Source: Octopus sinensis (taxonomy: Eukaryota). Taken from it: a stretch of 64,000 nucleotides of DNA. Positions 13,036 to 25,754 of this stretch are shown one piece after another. The translations under genes were made by a program, and so were the position numbers. The stretch covers positions 53,692,001 through 53,756,000 of the forward strand of contig NC_043001.1 of the NCBI RefSeq assembly GCF_006345805.1, written 5' to 3'. How positions within the stretch are numbered: position 1 is the stretch's first letter; the number at the start of each line of letters is the position of its first letter. The notes beneath the pieces were generated by a model. It did not search any database and was not told the origin of the DNA. It was given only the letters and a program-made list of their open reading frames with translations.

Positions 13036-13336
13036 GGATCAATGCATGTACTCTGAGTAGAATTATTTTGTCGGGATTGTAAGCCATATTATTGATAATA
13101 TACGTAGTTTCAAGAGCGGTTTTATCATAAATTCTCTCTTTGTAATTCTCATCAATTTATTCAGTAATTCAAAGAATTGGTATTTCACCTAATAACATAC
13201 GTAGAATGCTTATCATAGAAACCACTGGAGAATCGGTTCGCATTTACTTGACATGAATATAATTAGTCAATTAAATCGAAAGAAATATTTCACAGAATTG
13301 CTGTAAATTATAATTCATATAAAGTTGTAAATAGAA

Positions 13337-13703
13337 GCAGGAGTGGTTCTGTGGTAAGAAGCTTGCCTCATAGCCACATGGTCGCACTGCGTGGCACCTT
13401 CTTTATAACCGCGGGCCGACTAAAGCTTTGTGAGTGGATTTGATAGACGGAAAGTGAAAGAAACCCGTAGTGTATATGTATATAGCTATGTGTGTCCCCA
13501 TCACTTCTTGACAACAAGTGTTGATGTGTTTACCTCCCTGTAACATAGCGGTTCAACAAAACAGGCTGATAGATAAGTAATAGTAATAGATAAGTAATAG
13601 ACTTCAGAAATAAGTCCTCGAGTCGATTTCTTCGAATGAAAACTTCAAGATGGTGCCCAAGCATGGCCGCCGTCAAATGACTGGAACAAATAAAAGATAA
13701 AAG
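13337..13703 (+). mobile_element. SINE family B
   Basis: Same blocks as 6399-6813. Confidence 0.8.
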
Positions 13704-13705
13704 AA

Positions 13706-14078
13706 CGGTTTCAAATTGTGACACAAAGGAAGCAATTTTGGTGGAGAGGGGAATTTTGGAGAAGGAACTCAACTGATACTAATATGAAAGGCAAAGTCAA
13801 CCTCGGCGAAATTTGAACTCAGAGCTTAAGGAGCGACGAAATACCTATTACTTTACTACCCACAAGGGGCTAAACACAGAGGGGACAAACAAGGACGGAC
13901 AAACGGATTAAGTCGATTACATCGACACTGTGCGTAACTGGTACTTATTTAATCGACCCCGAAAGAATGAAGGGCAAAGTCGACCTCGGCGGAATTTGAA
14001 CTCAGAACGTAACAGCAGACGAAATACTGCTAAGTATTTTGCCCGGCGTGCAAACAATTTTGCCAGGCCACCGCCTTA
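13706..14078 (-). mobile_element. SINE family A, dimeric copy
   Basis: Reverse complement of the 5343 and 38994 copies (GGCGGAATTTGAACTCAGAACG). Confidence 0.85.
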
Positions 14079-14374
14079 AGAAGAAACAATTAATAATTAT
14101 GCGAACAAAATATCTACATCAAAAATTTAAACTTATACACACAGAATATTTAGTGATTTTAATCATATTTACATGTCGAAAGAACAAGGTATTAGAAAAT
14201 GATTTTTTTTAGATTGTTGCAAGTAAACACATTTATCAGTCATTTGGTTTATACACAAGACCATATCTACCAATCTATCACTGTATTTGTCCAGCTGCCG
14301 CAGTCAATTCGTTTAATTTAGTAGCCCTAAACCACTTTTTCAATCTATTCATATTTCTTCCATTTTGTCTTGTA

Positions 14375-14515
14375 TCACCATCATCACCGTCATCATCATT
14401 ATCATCATCTTCCTCTTCTTCTTCTTCTTATTCTTCTTCTTATTCTTCTTCTTCTTCTTCTCTTCTTCTTCTTCTTCTCTTCTTCTTCTTCTTCTTCTTC
14501 TTCTTCTTCTTCTCC
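14375..14515. repeat. Compound (CAT)n-(TCT)n microsatellite
   Basis: Directly visible. Confidence 0.95.
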
Positions 14516-14670
14516 TTTTTTATGTTCGTCGACGTTTATCTTTGATCCTTTTTCTATAATTATTATTGTAATTCGCGTGCACCTACATACACATATACAC
14601 ATATATACACATAGTTGTATCTTTTGCGTATATCGGTGTGCACGTGTTCTTTGCATACACACACACACAC

Positions 14671-14751
<81 letters not shown>

Positions 14752-17095
14752 ATATAGATATATACGTGTTCATTCTCATGCATAGATACACACAAACACA
14801 GGCGTTTTCACACAAGGACACCTGATTGGTTTCAAAGGGGAATAGATAAGAACTAGTCCTCTTATCTGATAGGACGCATTTGCTTTCTATCAGATAAGAG
14901 ATTCGTATGCATAAATATACAAATGAATCTATTATATTGTATTCCTTGGTGTAGTTTAACACAACGTTAATTTCACTAGATATAGATGTTTCTTTCTATC
15001 AGTAAAATAGAAATTATATCACTTTACTTCTCGGAAGAGAAATATATAGGAATATATTTCTCTTTCGAGAAGTAAAGTGAGACGTCTATAAACAGCAAGT
15101 TCTAAACAGACCCAACACTCCTACGTATGCACGACAAAATACACGCTTCTACTTATATACGCTGATTCTTGAAATTAGAGATTAAATTATATGGAAATCA
15201 TGCTGCAATAGATCCATATCAATAAATTGGCTACAAGTATGCTAACTCTGTAATATATTGAACGTTTCGGCAAACAAATATAGCTTCCCCATAACGTATG
15301 AACGAATCGATATATTAGTCACAGATGGGGAGAAAGACTAATAGGTTTGTACAATATAGAATTTCTGACATGTCGCGTAAATACTATTTACTTGTGTTAT
15401 CAAATGTTTCTATGTTTTTCATAGCAATAATTAAGTGCTAGAATATTGACAAGTTATATTGATCACGTAGTTACACACGTAGAGACGCATATTTACAAAT
15501 ACATATTTACATAATATTTGTAGTTCATTTTAATCATTCCCGACCTATTTTATTCTAAATCTGCACGATTTGCAGAGAATAAGTGATATTAATAGTAAAG
15601 AATGTGTTTCTGTGGATTAAGTTTTGGTAATATAAAATTCTACTGTTTGTACTGACAAAATATCGTAATACACATTAAATTGTTAATTTGAATAATTAAT
15701 TATTTAATGTGGTTATCCAGACAGGTAATATGGTTACATTTGCACAGAATCCACTGAATTATACAAAGGCAATAAAGTTATATTTAATGTGCAAATAAAA
15801 TATATTTATTTCCTTTTTTTCTATTCCTTTTTTTATTTTCTCCATTTTCTCAATTCTTTTAAACAATACATGTTTGAGGTAATCGAGATTGCTATTTTCT
15901 AGTCCAAAGGTGTTGCTGATAGAAAATGCAATCGCAACGTCTGTGTTGTGGCTTCCTGCAAAGAAATGGAGTATAACAATAGTAGACCATGTCTGGTTTT
16001 CATTAGTAAGCAGTGTAATTTAGCAAAGTTACGAAATAAACAAACTTTTGATTTCCGTGTTCACTTTTCAAGTTTTCTGCTTAACAATGCAGAAAATGGA
16101 AGCGTAAGTGAAGTGATAAATTAAATTATTACATATAAAATAAATATCTCTGAAAATACCCAGTACCCTTAAATATTGGTATTTTGATATATGTTGTAAA
16201 TATAATACTAGTATATTTTATTACATAATATATCTTAATTTCTGAGAATTCGCCCATTAACACTTGATTTTCAGCAGTAGAAAGCTGTTTAAAGCTAAAC
16301 TTCTTCATGACTCAACAGCACACGGGAAATGTATTTTAGTAGTCAATTAAATGAAGTTGGGGATGGTATTAACAGATGTAATTGCCAAGTACGTGAACTT
16401 ATTGCATCAAAGAATTCAGTGTCGCTAGCAATAACACCTATATTTCTCCACAATATGGAAAGCAGCTCAGTCTAAATGTTTTATTGCAGGTCCAAGTGTA
16501 TTCAGCTTCAAATTGGATGCTATTTTAAGTAAAATATTCCAGGTCTAATTAAAATAATGGAAATGAGGATCTAAAGATTCAAACAAGGATTAGATTTTCC
16601 CAGATATTGGGAAAGAAGAGTTGCATTAAACTTGATTCTAAAAACCAAATAGGATTAATGATTTATGGAAGAAGGCTAAATATTAGAAATGTGTGATAAA
16701 GGTATTCGTATATTGCATTGTGATGAGACGATTAAATTCTATAACTGCACAAAAACTTACTTGAAGACACAAAATATATTGAAAGGTAATTCCGACTTGT
16801 AAGGACGTTCATGCCAATGAGTTAGAGATTGAAGTTAATTACAATTTATGCCATTGATATAAAGTAACATGAAATGTATAATCCAATTGCAAATTTATTT
16901 CTCAACTGTAATATATTAAATATAAAACATGTCATCACCACAATTAGTATTCCCCTAAAATGATTTCTCATTTTATTTATACCTACCCCCTTTCTAAACT
17001 ATGGTGTTCTAAATGTCTCTTTCAATGACATTAGGCATGTTCAGATACCCACTATTTTAATCCTGAAAATCCCACTCTATGACGGATGAAGTTTA

Positions 17096-18364
17096 CGAGG
17101 TGCGTTCCAGAAATCCGAAAACATTTTAGGAGAGATGCAGGTTCAGTTGTCCTAGATTATTTTAATTGCAATATACTACTACTATAGATCTAATGAACAA
17201 AATTTCTAACTTTTTATATTTCAGATAGCCATAGACCACTGTAACACAATGGGTAGTTCGCAGTAGGCAGTTGGAATGCGAAAATTTGGAAGCTCGCTAT
17301 CCGATAAAGTTCGCTATTAAACTGGACAAAACGCCTACAGAATGTTATCAAATATTCCAAACTGCATATGGATTACCTTGTATGAGGCTAACATCAGTTG
17401 TTCGCTAGATCAACAGGTTCAAATAAGATGGAGACGAGGTGAGAGACAATGAGATGTGTGTTGGGAAGAGGAACACCAGATCCACAAAGCTAATAGAATG
17501 GATCTGCAATGTTCTGTAAACTTGATGTTATATAACGACAACAAGCGTAGTGTGAAATTTCTGTAGCAACTCTACACAGAATTATTCATGAAGACTAAAG
17601 CGTAAGTAAAACTCGAAGAAAATCTGTTCCCATGGTGTCCAGCGACGAAGAAAAGTACGGATAACAACAGGGAAATGTTTCATTGCATTCAGGCCGAGCG
17701 CGTGAGTAGCGGATGTCCAGTGATCAAAGCTGGTACTACAGTTATGATGCCTACATTGCGATAAAGAGTTCCAAATGGAAACATCCTGATTCACCCAGGC
17801 CCAAGAAGGCCAAACAAAGCAGATGCACCGGGGATTACTGATTATCCACTGTTTCAGAAGCAAGGGCATCATATATATCCTCTGAGGTTTCTCTGGCCAC
17901 ACCGCAGACAATGTTTTGTAGAGGTTATGAGGGATTTCAGGAAAAAATTTCGTCACAAAAGGTCAAAACTCTTCCACACTGGTCGGTGGCACCTGCACCA
18001 GGACAATGCACCCGTTCACAGTTCCATTCTGGTAACCAGCTACTTCCCAGAACTGGGATCACAACACTTCCTTAAACTTTCTACACTCCAGACCTTGCCC
18101 CTAGAGATTGTTCCCTCAGGCGGAAGGAGAATCTCATGGGCAGTTGTTTTGATAATATTGTGAAGATGAAGGGGGCTGTGACATGAGCCCTAAACACCTT
18201 CACTTTGGAGAACTTCAATGGGAACTTCACGAAATGGCTAGTACACTATAACAAGTGTACTGAATTCAGAAGATCCTGCTTTGAAGGAAAGTTGAGTTTT
18301 GCACTTATCTGAAATTAATATATGTCTCTACTGAAAAAGTATAAAACTTCTGTAATGCACTTTG
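17096..18364 (+). mobile_element. Mariner (DD34D) DNA transposon, full length, degraded
   Basis: TA-flanked imperfect TIRs (CGAGGTGCGTTCCAGAAAT vs reverse complement of the right end CAAAGTGCATTACAGAAGT). Transposase remnants RWHLHQDNAPVHSS and YTPDLAPRD, with many stops and frameshifts. Confidence 0.9.
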
Positions 18365-20480
18365 TACACCGAGCATCTAGAATGTATTGCCGGTAGAATA
18401 TTTTGCATGAGGTTAAAAGTTACCTAGATGTATTTCCATCTAACATAATGCATCTACCATCAGCCAAAAATTCATTCAAAGAGTAGCTATCCCCTACAAG
18501 AAAAGGTCGTTAATCACAAGACTAGATAAGCCACGCAAATGCAAAAGAAAACTGGATACATGCAAATGCGAGACGGAAGAGCTAATATAGTCCAATGCAA
18601 ATGTAATACTCTAGAATGACCAAACACGCCTAAAAGGCCTACAGTCAACATTTCTATGCGGACTTTTTGTAAAGTTCTATATACAAAATGGTTTTAATAT
18701 TTTCAATTTCTTTTTATATGATATATTGTATTTTAACACTACACAGTAAAATCTTTAAAGTAGTTTTAAAAATTACATAAACACTCCATGCGTAATTTTG
18801 GAACAATTCTGCTAAAACCAGTACTTAGGTTGAGAGCATAGAAAGTTCTATCATTTGATGTTTCTTTGAAATTGAATGGGCTTTGATATATCATTTTATA
18901 TAGCTTCTAACTTAATATACCGAATATATAATAAAAGTACCGACAGTCAATAGATGAAAGGAAATTCTGTATATTTTTAACTAGAAAATATACAGATGGT
19001 GTTTTCATGATTGACAATGTGAGTCTGTAGACATGTGTAGTGGTTAAATTTCTTCAGTTTTAAACTTGAGATATGTTGCATAGATTCTGGTTTAATATTT
19101 AACCTTGTCAATCAGCATTTGAAATAATCTCCACTAGTTTATCAACATCTTCTGTTGACATATTTTAGTTTTTGATGTACCTTTATATTGTATCTTGAAA
19201 CTAACAAATTTACTCTGCCTCATATTAGAGAAATTCAAGATTTTGTTTTCTTTTATTGAACATTATTACTAATAAAATAATTTAACTCTGACGATATTGT
19301 ATACAGAAACAAACGCTAAAGTGGGATTTTTGTTTCGGTATTCAGAAATATTAATTATATTATCAAAAGTGAAGCTGTAAAATGTGTCGCTAAAACAACA
19401 GCTGCAGGGGATATTTTTCAAACAAGAATAACCAGCATCCTTGGTAATAGCTCAGAAGACATTCTCATAAATATATGATAATGTAGAACTTCTAAAGTCA
19501 ATTTTAAAGAACATGCTAGAACACAATGAATACAAAATAGTATATATATCCAAAAGTTAATTTCAATTTATGTTAAAAACTGAGAGTGTGGAATAACAAA
19601 TCTCCAGAAGCAATGTTATTGTATGGATTCTTTGCATATCAGTTAGTTTTAATTAATCGGTCATGTGATTATTTTATGGAAATTTCAAGGACAGCAACAT
19701 CATTCAAACAGCCCACCTAACTTTTCCTTTATTTCTTAGCATATTTTCGTCATTCTTAGGTATTCTCTTTATTGTTTGTCCTTTCCTCAACTTCATTTTT
19801 TTAATATTTCTGAGATTAGAGAGGGTACACAGTGCAGAAATTATCCCTGGATATATACGGAACAATATATATGTGCATCAGTTGTTATTATTCAAAAGAT
19901 GACAGCAATGAAAGGAATAATTTTCATCGTATCCTATACACGAAAATCATGGTAAAAATCATAGGCACTTCCAAATAAAATATTTCAAACGACTCAGCAT
20001 GATATGTTCGTTACAATTCATGGTTTTCGGCATATCCACGAGCAGTAAAAGCAAAATATAGAAGAAAGTATAGAAGGTGATTATTTTAGATTAAATCACT
20101 ACATAATGTGCCAGGAACTAATTTCGTTGAATCCCGTGTCACTACAAACCGCCAGCTACATGACACCAATAAAGTGTCTTCTATATACAGTAGAGCATTA
20201 TGTGATAAGCCAATAATTTCCAACAATATGAAAGTGAGGTGAAATTGCAATGAAGGCCCATAATATTCAGGAGTAGGACACCTCCTTAATATTTGTTTAC
20301 TCTACCTTCGTACATCTGAGGATGAAGAAGTATATCTCCGTCTGCTAAACTTTAATCAATGTGTCGATGAGTCAATCTGTTATTAAATAATTACGGCCCG
20401 AATTAAATAAATATGTGTAATGCATTATTCTTTATTTGCAAGCATCCCCCAAACACGCACACAGACACCTATATATATAT

Positions 20481-21786
20481 CAATTCAATATCTCGTGTAA
20501 CCACCGTTAGCGTTTATTACCGCCAGGCATTTTATGTACATTGAATGCAACAAACGATTGATGAAAGTCATGCAGCCTACACTCTCTGAAAACCTTCAGT
20601 GATTTGTATCGCAATTGTCAGCCTTGGACGGATGTCATTTAGCATTCTTTGGATTTCGTCCCACAGTTGCTCTATGAAGTTCAAGTCCAGACTTAGGGAG
20701 AACATGGAAATGTCTGGGTGTTGTGCTGTTGGAGGAAGTGTGTTGTCACGCTGGCAGTATGGGCACGGGCGTTGTTGTGTTGTCGGGATTCCTAAGACGG
20801 GCAAAGTATTGCACAATATGAAATCTCAACACTTGGTCCATGTAGCGAGTATCTGTTACTCCATTGCTCCGGCCTTGGCCGATGATTTGGAAGACGACCG
20901 GTCCAAGTCTGTTTGAGTGTATCGCGCCTTATACCATGTTGCTCTGTCCACCCATGGCACAGCCATCGGCATGATGTTCACCCACTCTCCAAATTCTAGC
21001 TCTGTCAGCTGCTACAGAAACGCAATATCGACTTTCGTCAGAGAAAGACTACACTTCTCCACTTCTGATATCACCAGCTCTGACGTTTTTGAGCCCATTG
21101 CAGACATCCGCATCGCTGACAATCTGTGAGGATGGGGACCCTACCCGGACGTCGGCAAAACAGATTGAATGAACTCAGCCGGCGGCTCGCTGTCTCTGCA
21201 GAAATAGGTCTCTGGTGACTTCATATGTTCTGCCTAGTTCGATTCAATTACCTTCCGGAATCGGTCCTGCAAGTACTGTCGGTGCAGTTGGGGACATTCA
21301 CGTGCCGTTTCAAACCTCAGTCAACGTCTTCATGTACGATCCTCCGTGCTGTTTGTGGAATTGTATCCTTCCCTCAGCCGCTCGATTGTCCAAATACTGC
21401 AGTCATGTCATTAGCAATGACACATCGACGTTGACCCGCATGGAGGCGTCCGGTGGGGTCCTCTTTCTGATTTCATGTTAGCCTTGCATGCTTGTTGCGT
21501 AGGCTGTTAATTTTGGATGCCTTTCATACCAAATGAGTCGACGTTTTGATCCTGCATCCTGCTTTTCATAAAGAGGCATTTGCGAGCATTACCATGTTCA
21601 CGAAATGTGATCGAATTAGAACACAACATGACATTATTGTGTTTTCAAACGAGGGTGATGTTGTGTGGGTCAGTAATATCTTCCTAATGTCAAAGCAGCT
21701 ATATAGAAATGTGATAAAATCCATAGAATCTCAATACCGTGTGAAAAATAAATAGTCTTTTGAAGTGCGACGTTTCTTTTGTGGTT

Positions 21787-21789
<3 letters not shown>
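20481..21789 (-). mobile_element. Tc1-family (DD34E) DNA transposon, degraded, 3' TIR missing
   Basis: Minus-strand remnants SDESRYCV, NARAHTA, LDLNFIEQLWDEI and AVINANGGYTRY*. The 5' end TTGAACCACAAAAAGAAACGTC abuts a (TA)n run. Homology stops just after the stop codon. Confidence 0.88.
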
Positions 21790-21825
<36 letters not shown>

Positions 21826-21974
21826 AGTGGAAAATGTATGATGTGATAGATGAATGAAAATAAAGTTTAAAAGCGTGGAAATAGATATATGTCAGTAGAA
21901 ATGTATGTAGGAAGACAGTTACAGATCGAATTTAGGAACTAAAGGTATGGCTTTGCCAATGTTTACAACGATAA

Positions 21975-23400
21975 ACGCATTCTTTATACGCGTTTACAAG
22001 AGTATTCTTCAAGAAAATGACAAAAAAATAGCTCTTTGTTATAGAGCGGACAAAAAGATTTGCCGTTGTCATATGGGAAAGATAGAATATTCCATTTAAA
22101 AACGTATTGTTTATTATGTTCCTTTAGAGACCAACTTAATTTACTTAGCTCAGTATTGTTGAGTTTATTGATACGTCTAAATGTAGATATTAGTTTCGAC
22201 AACTGAGACGACGAGCTACATATATAAAGAAAGACATAAGAACCGGAAGTAATTTTACATTGATAAACAAAATTTCTAGTCTTATAATTACTGCTAAAGA
22301 AACAAATTAGATTCGAATATATATCAGAAATATTAATATTGTTATTATTATTGTTCAAGCAATGGTTAGCGTAAATAATAGCGCTGTTATTATTTACATT
22401 TAGTAGATTTGCATTTAATAACTTATGGTTATGTGAAGAAATAATAACTTATGGTTACGTGAAAAAATGATTTGTGAAAGGACTTTGGTGTTTGAAAAAC
22501 CTATACTATTCGTTGTCTATAGCTTCACGGAATTTATAAGGGAGGTTGGATTTGATCTGCTTATCAGATGGAATGATCAACCAAATTGTTTTACTAGAAC
22601 CAACCTTGTTATTTGCATAATTATCTTTAAAAGTCCTACACTTATTTTTGTAACGTGTAAAGGGATATAGAGGACGCTTTTCTCCCTTACGCTGCAAAAA
22701 TACTGTTTTCGATTTATTGTTATTATTCGAACTAAAATTTATATTGTTAATACCGTTATGATGTGTTTTCATGTCCTAATTAATAGAGGCAGAATTAATG
22801 TCAATAGGGTTAATATACGTAATTTTTTCTTTATCCCCTGATGTAAGTAAGGCAGAGTTATAAAATGTGGCTTTATCATATAAATATACAAATATACAAA
22901 TATACAAAGTCTACGTCAAATATTTGTAAGTTTCTTGTTATAATCTTGCTGAAAAATCTAGTATATTTTAAATTAGTTGAGGCTTCATGATATGGGAAAT
23001 CTGAATCATTATATAAGTTAAGGTTAATAGCTAAAAAGCTGACTTTAGCTATGTCATCATCGAAAACAATGCTTAAGCCCAGGTTTCCAAAATATTTAAC
23101 CAACCTACTTTTAACCCTTTGTAATTTGGGGTTAGAAACATTTTGAAGGTAGAGTAGACAATCATCACGACATAAGCCTCCATTCATGTTAGAGAATTGG
23201 TCAGCAATCTCATAAAGGATACAGATACCGAACAAATCAGCCAATTGTGCTGAATCAGAACATCCCATCGTGACATCAAAACTATCAGGCGTATCTTTAC
23301 GGACAGAGAACTTGTTTTCAAATTGATTTTCTGACAGCTAACACCACATTAATTTCATCCCAGGTGACCTGCTTTGTTGTGTGCAAACCAGAGTGATTTC
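21975..23400 (-). mobile_element. Penelope-like element fragment (RT C-terminus + GIY-YIG endonuclease), degraded
   Basis: FDVTMGCSDSAQLADLFG, GLCRDDCL (GLYRDDGL-like), TIWLIIP (IWFNPP-like), TELSKLSWSLKE, FKWNIL..PYDNGKSFCPL. Confidence 0.85.
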
Positions 23401-23886
23401 TTAACTACAATTTGATTAATAGAAGAACAGTAACTAGAAATATGTGTGTGTATGTATGTATGTATGTATGTATGTATGTATGTGTGTGTGTGTGTGTGTA
23501 TGTATGCATATGTTTATGCATGTGTCAAAGGTGATAAATCTCGTCTAAGCAAAGGCGTATGTTCACGTTATTCTTAAGGCCAGGCTGGCGTTATTGCTGC
23601 TCTGTATTTTTCGGTGAATGCATTTTCTTTATTTAAACCTTCTTCTACTCGTTGAATCATTCATTCATTAACTTCTCCATACACAACATGACCTAAACTA
23701 TTTTTAAGAAAATAGGAAATTACAATAATTTCGATGTCATGATAAGCGACAGCTAAAATGGTAGACAATCACAATATGAAAGATCATATAAAATATATTA
23801 AAACTATGTAAAATGTGTGCAGTTTCCTTCTTTTATTTTACGCATATATTTTTTACATTACAACTTACTACGCAGCGATAATCGAA

Positions 23887-23979
<93 letters not shown>

Positions 23980-23982
23980 ATG

Positions 23983-24064
<82 letters not shown>

Positions 24065-24313
24065 CGTACACATACATACAAACATATATACAAATATGTA
24101 AGTATATAAACACATATATATATATACATATATGTGTGTATGTGTGTGTGTGTGTATGCGTGCGCGTATATGTATGCATATGCACACAGAAACGCTAGGT
24201 TTTTTATGAAAACTTAGCAGACGGCCGATGTATTATAGTAGATAGAACTGCATTTAGCTACCTTTTCAATATCACAAGTTCCTACTATCAATAAATTCCA
24301 GATACTCGATGTA

Positions 24314-24380
24314 CAACGTGTATTCCAGAAGTTTCAAAACTTTTAAGGAGAAACATACATTAAGTTCACATAAGTACAAA
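24314..24380 (-). mobile_element. Solo terminal fragment of the same mariner family as 17096-18364
   Basis: Aligns by eye with the reverse complement of 18297-18364 (TGTATTCCAGAAGTTTCAAAACTTTT..GAAACATACATTAAGTTCACATAAGTAC). Preceded by TA. Confidence 0.6.
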
Positions 24381-24783
24381 CGTCAAACGTTACTATAATT
24401 ATCAGCATAATTACTATTGACATGTTCTACATTTCTGTGTTGCATGATCAGTGACTGACTGTCACTTAGTTCTCTATATATTGCGAAGTGGAAGGATTCC
24501 TGCTATTTCTAGCGGCCGGGTGTTCAATAATGAAGATGGGCATAAGTAGCCAAAATCCGTTTGGTGTGGTGATCCCGGCGTCTTCTAAAAGATGGTTGGG
24601 TTTCGCTCCCTGCGTGCAATATATACCTGGTGCATATCGCACCGAAAACCAGATGGTGGAGATTCTGCCGGCGGTGAAACTGTAGTTACTACGTCGAACA
24701 ACTATATTGATTCAGTCAAAAATATTAGTTATATATATGCGCGTGTGTATGTCTCAGGAAAGGCTAGGTTTTCAATGAAATTT

Positions 24784-24978
24784 AGGCGCATGTATGGCTG
24801 TGTGGTAATAAGCTTGCTTCCCAGCTATATGGTTCCAGGTTCAGTCCGCTGCGTAGCAACTCCGGTAAGTGTTTTCTACTACAGCCTCGGGCCGATCGAA
24901 GCCTTGTGAGTGGATCTAGTAGACGAAAGCTGAAGAAGCTCGTTGTATATATCTATGTGTATATATATATATATGTGT

Positions 24979-25017
<39 letters not shown>

Positions 25018-25240
25018 TGTTCATATGAGTGTTTGTGTTTGTGTCTGTGATTCCCCTATCACCACTATCGCATGACAACCGGTGTTGGTGTGTTTAAGTC
25101 CCCGTAACTTAGAGGTTCGACATACAGAAACTGATTAGATAAGCACTAGGCTTACAAAGAATACGTCCAGGATCCATTTCGTCGAGTAAAATGCGGTGCT
25201 CCAGCATGACTGCAGCCAAATAAGAGGAGCAAGAAAAGAA
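24784..25240 (+). mobile_element. SINE family B
   Basis: Same blocks as 6399-6813, including the internal (TA)/(TG) microsatellite. Confidence 0.8.
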
Positions 25241-25680
25241 TGAAATAAAATATATATATGTATATACACATACACACAATCATATATACATATATCCTTA
25301 CATACATGTATTTCCTTTTATGTGTGTACGCATGTTACATAGATATCTAACTGTATATATTCCCACACATATACATACCTTTCCCTGTGAAAGAATGCCC
25401 CTTTAACGTAAGAGAATATTAATAAATACATTTCCGAAATTCCTTATTCATCCAATGATAACTCTTAACACTCTATTATGTTTGTCTCAGAAACACTCGA
25501 TCATGTTTACTTACTTCTCCCGTGTATATATTCGCAACCACAAAGAAGTCTATTTGCACATTTGAAATTAAAATCCACTAAACACGTACAGATACAGTTA
25601 ACGATACGGACATATAAACAGATATATGTGCACACACTCACACACACATGTATATATGTATGTATATATATATGTGTATA

Positions 25681-25754
<74 letters not shown>

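Noticed and set aside
12929-13039. CRISPR-like direct repeats
   Set aside because: Two adjacent units with no spacers, inside a eukaryotic LINE 5' end, and no cas genes.
23815-24198. ORFs rich in YI/HT/CV/LS dipeptides here and at many other loci (e.g. 8860, 14370, 25478, 29502, 37769, 43770, 55186, 57406)
   Set aside because: They are translations of (TA)n, (CA)n, (GA)n and (TCT)n microsatellites, which lack stops in some frames.
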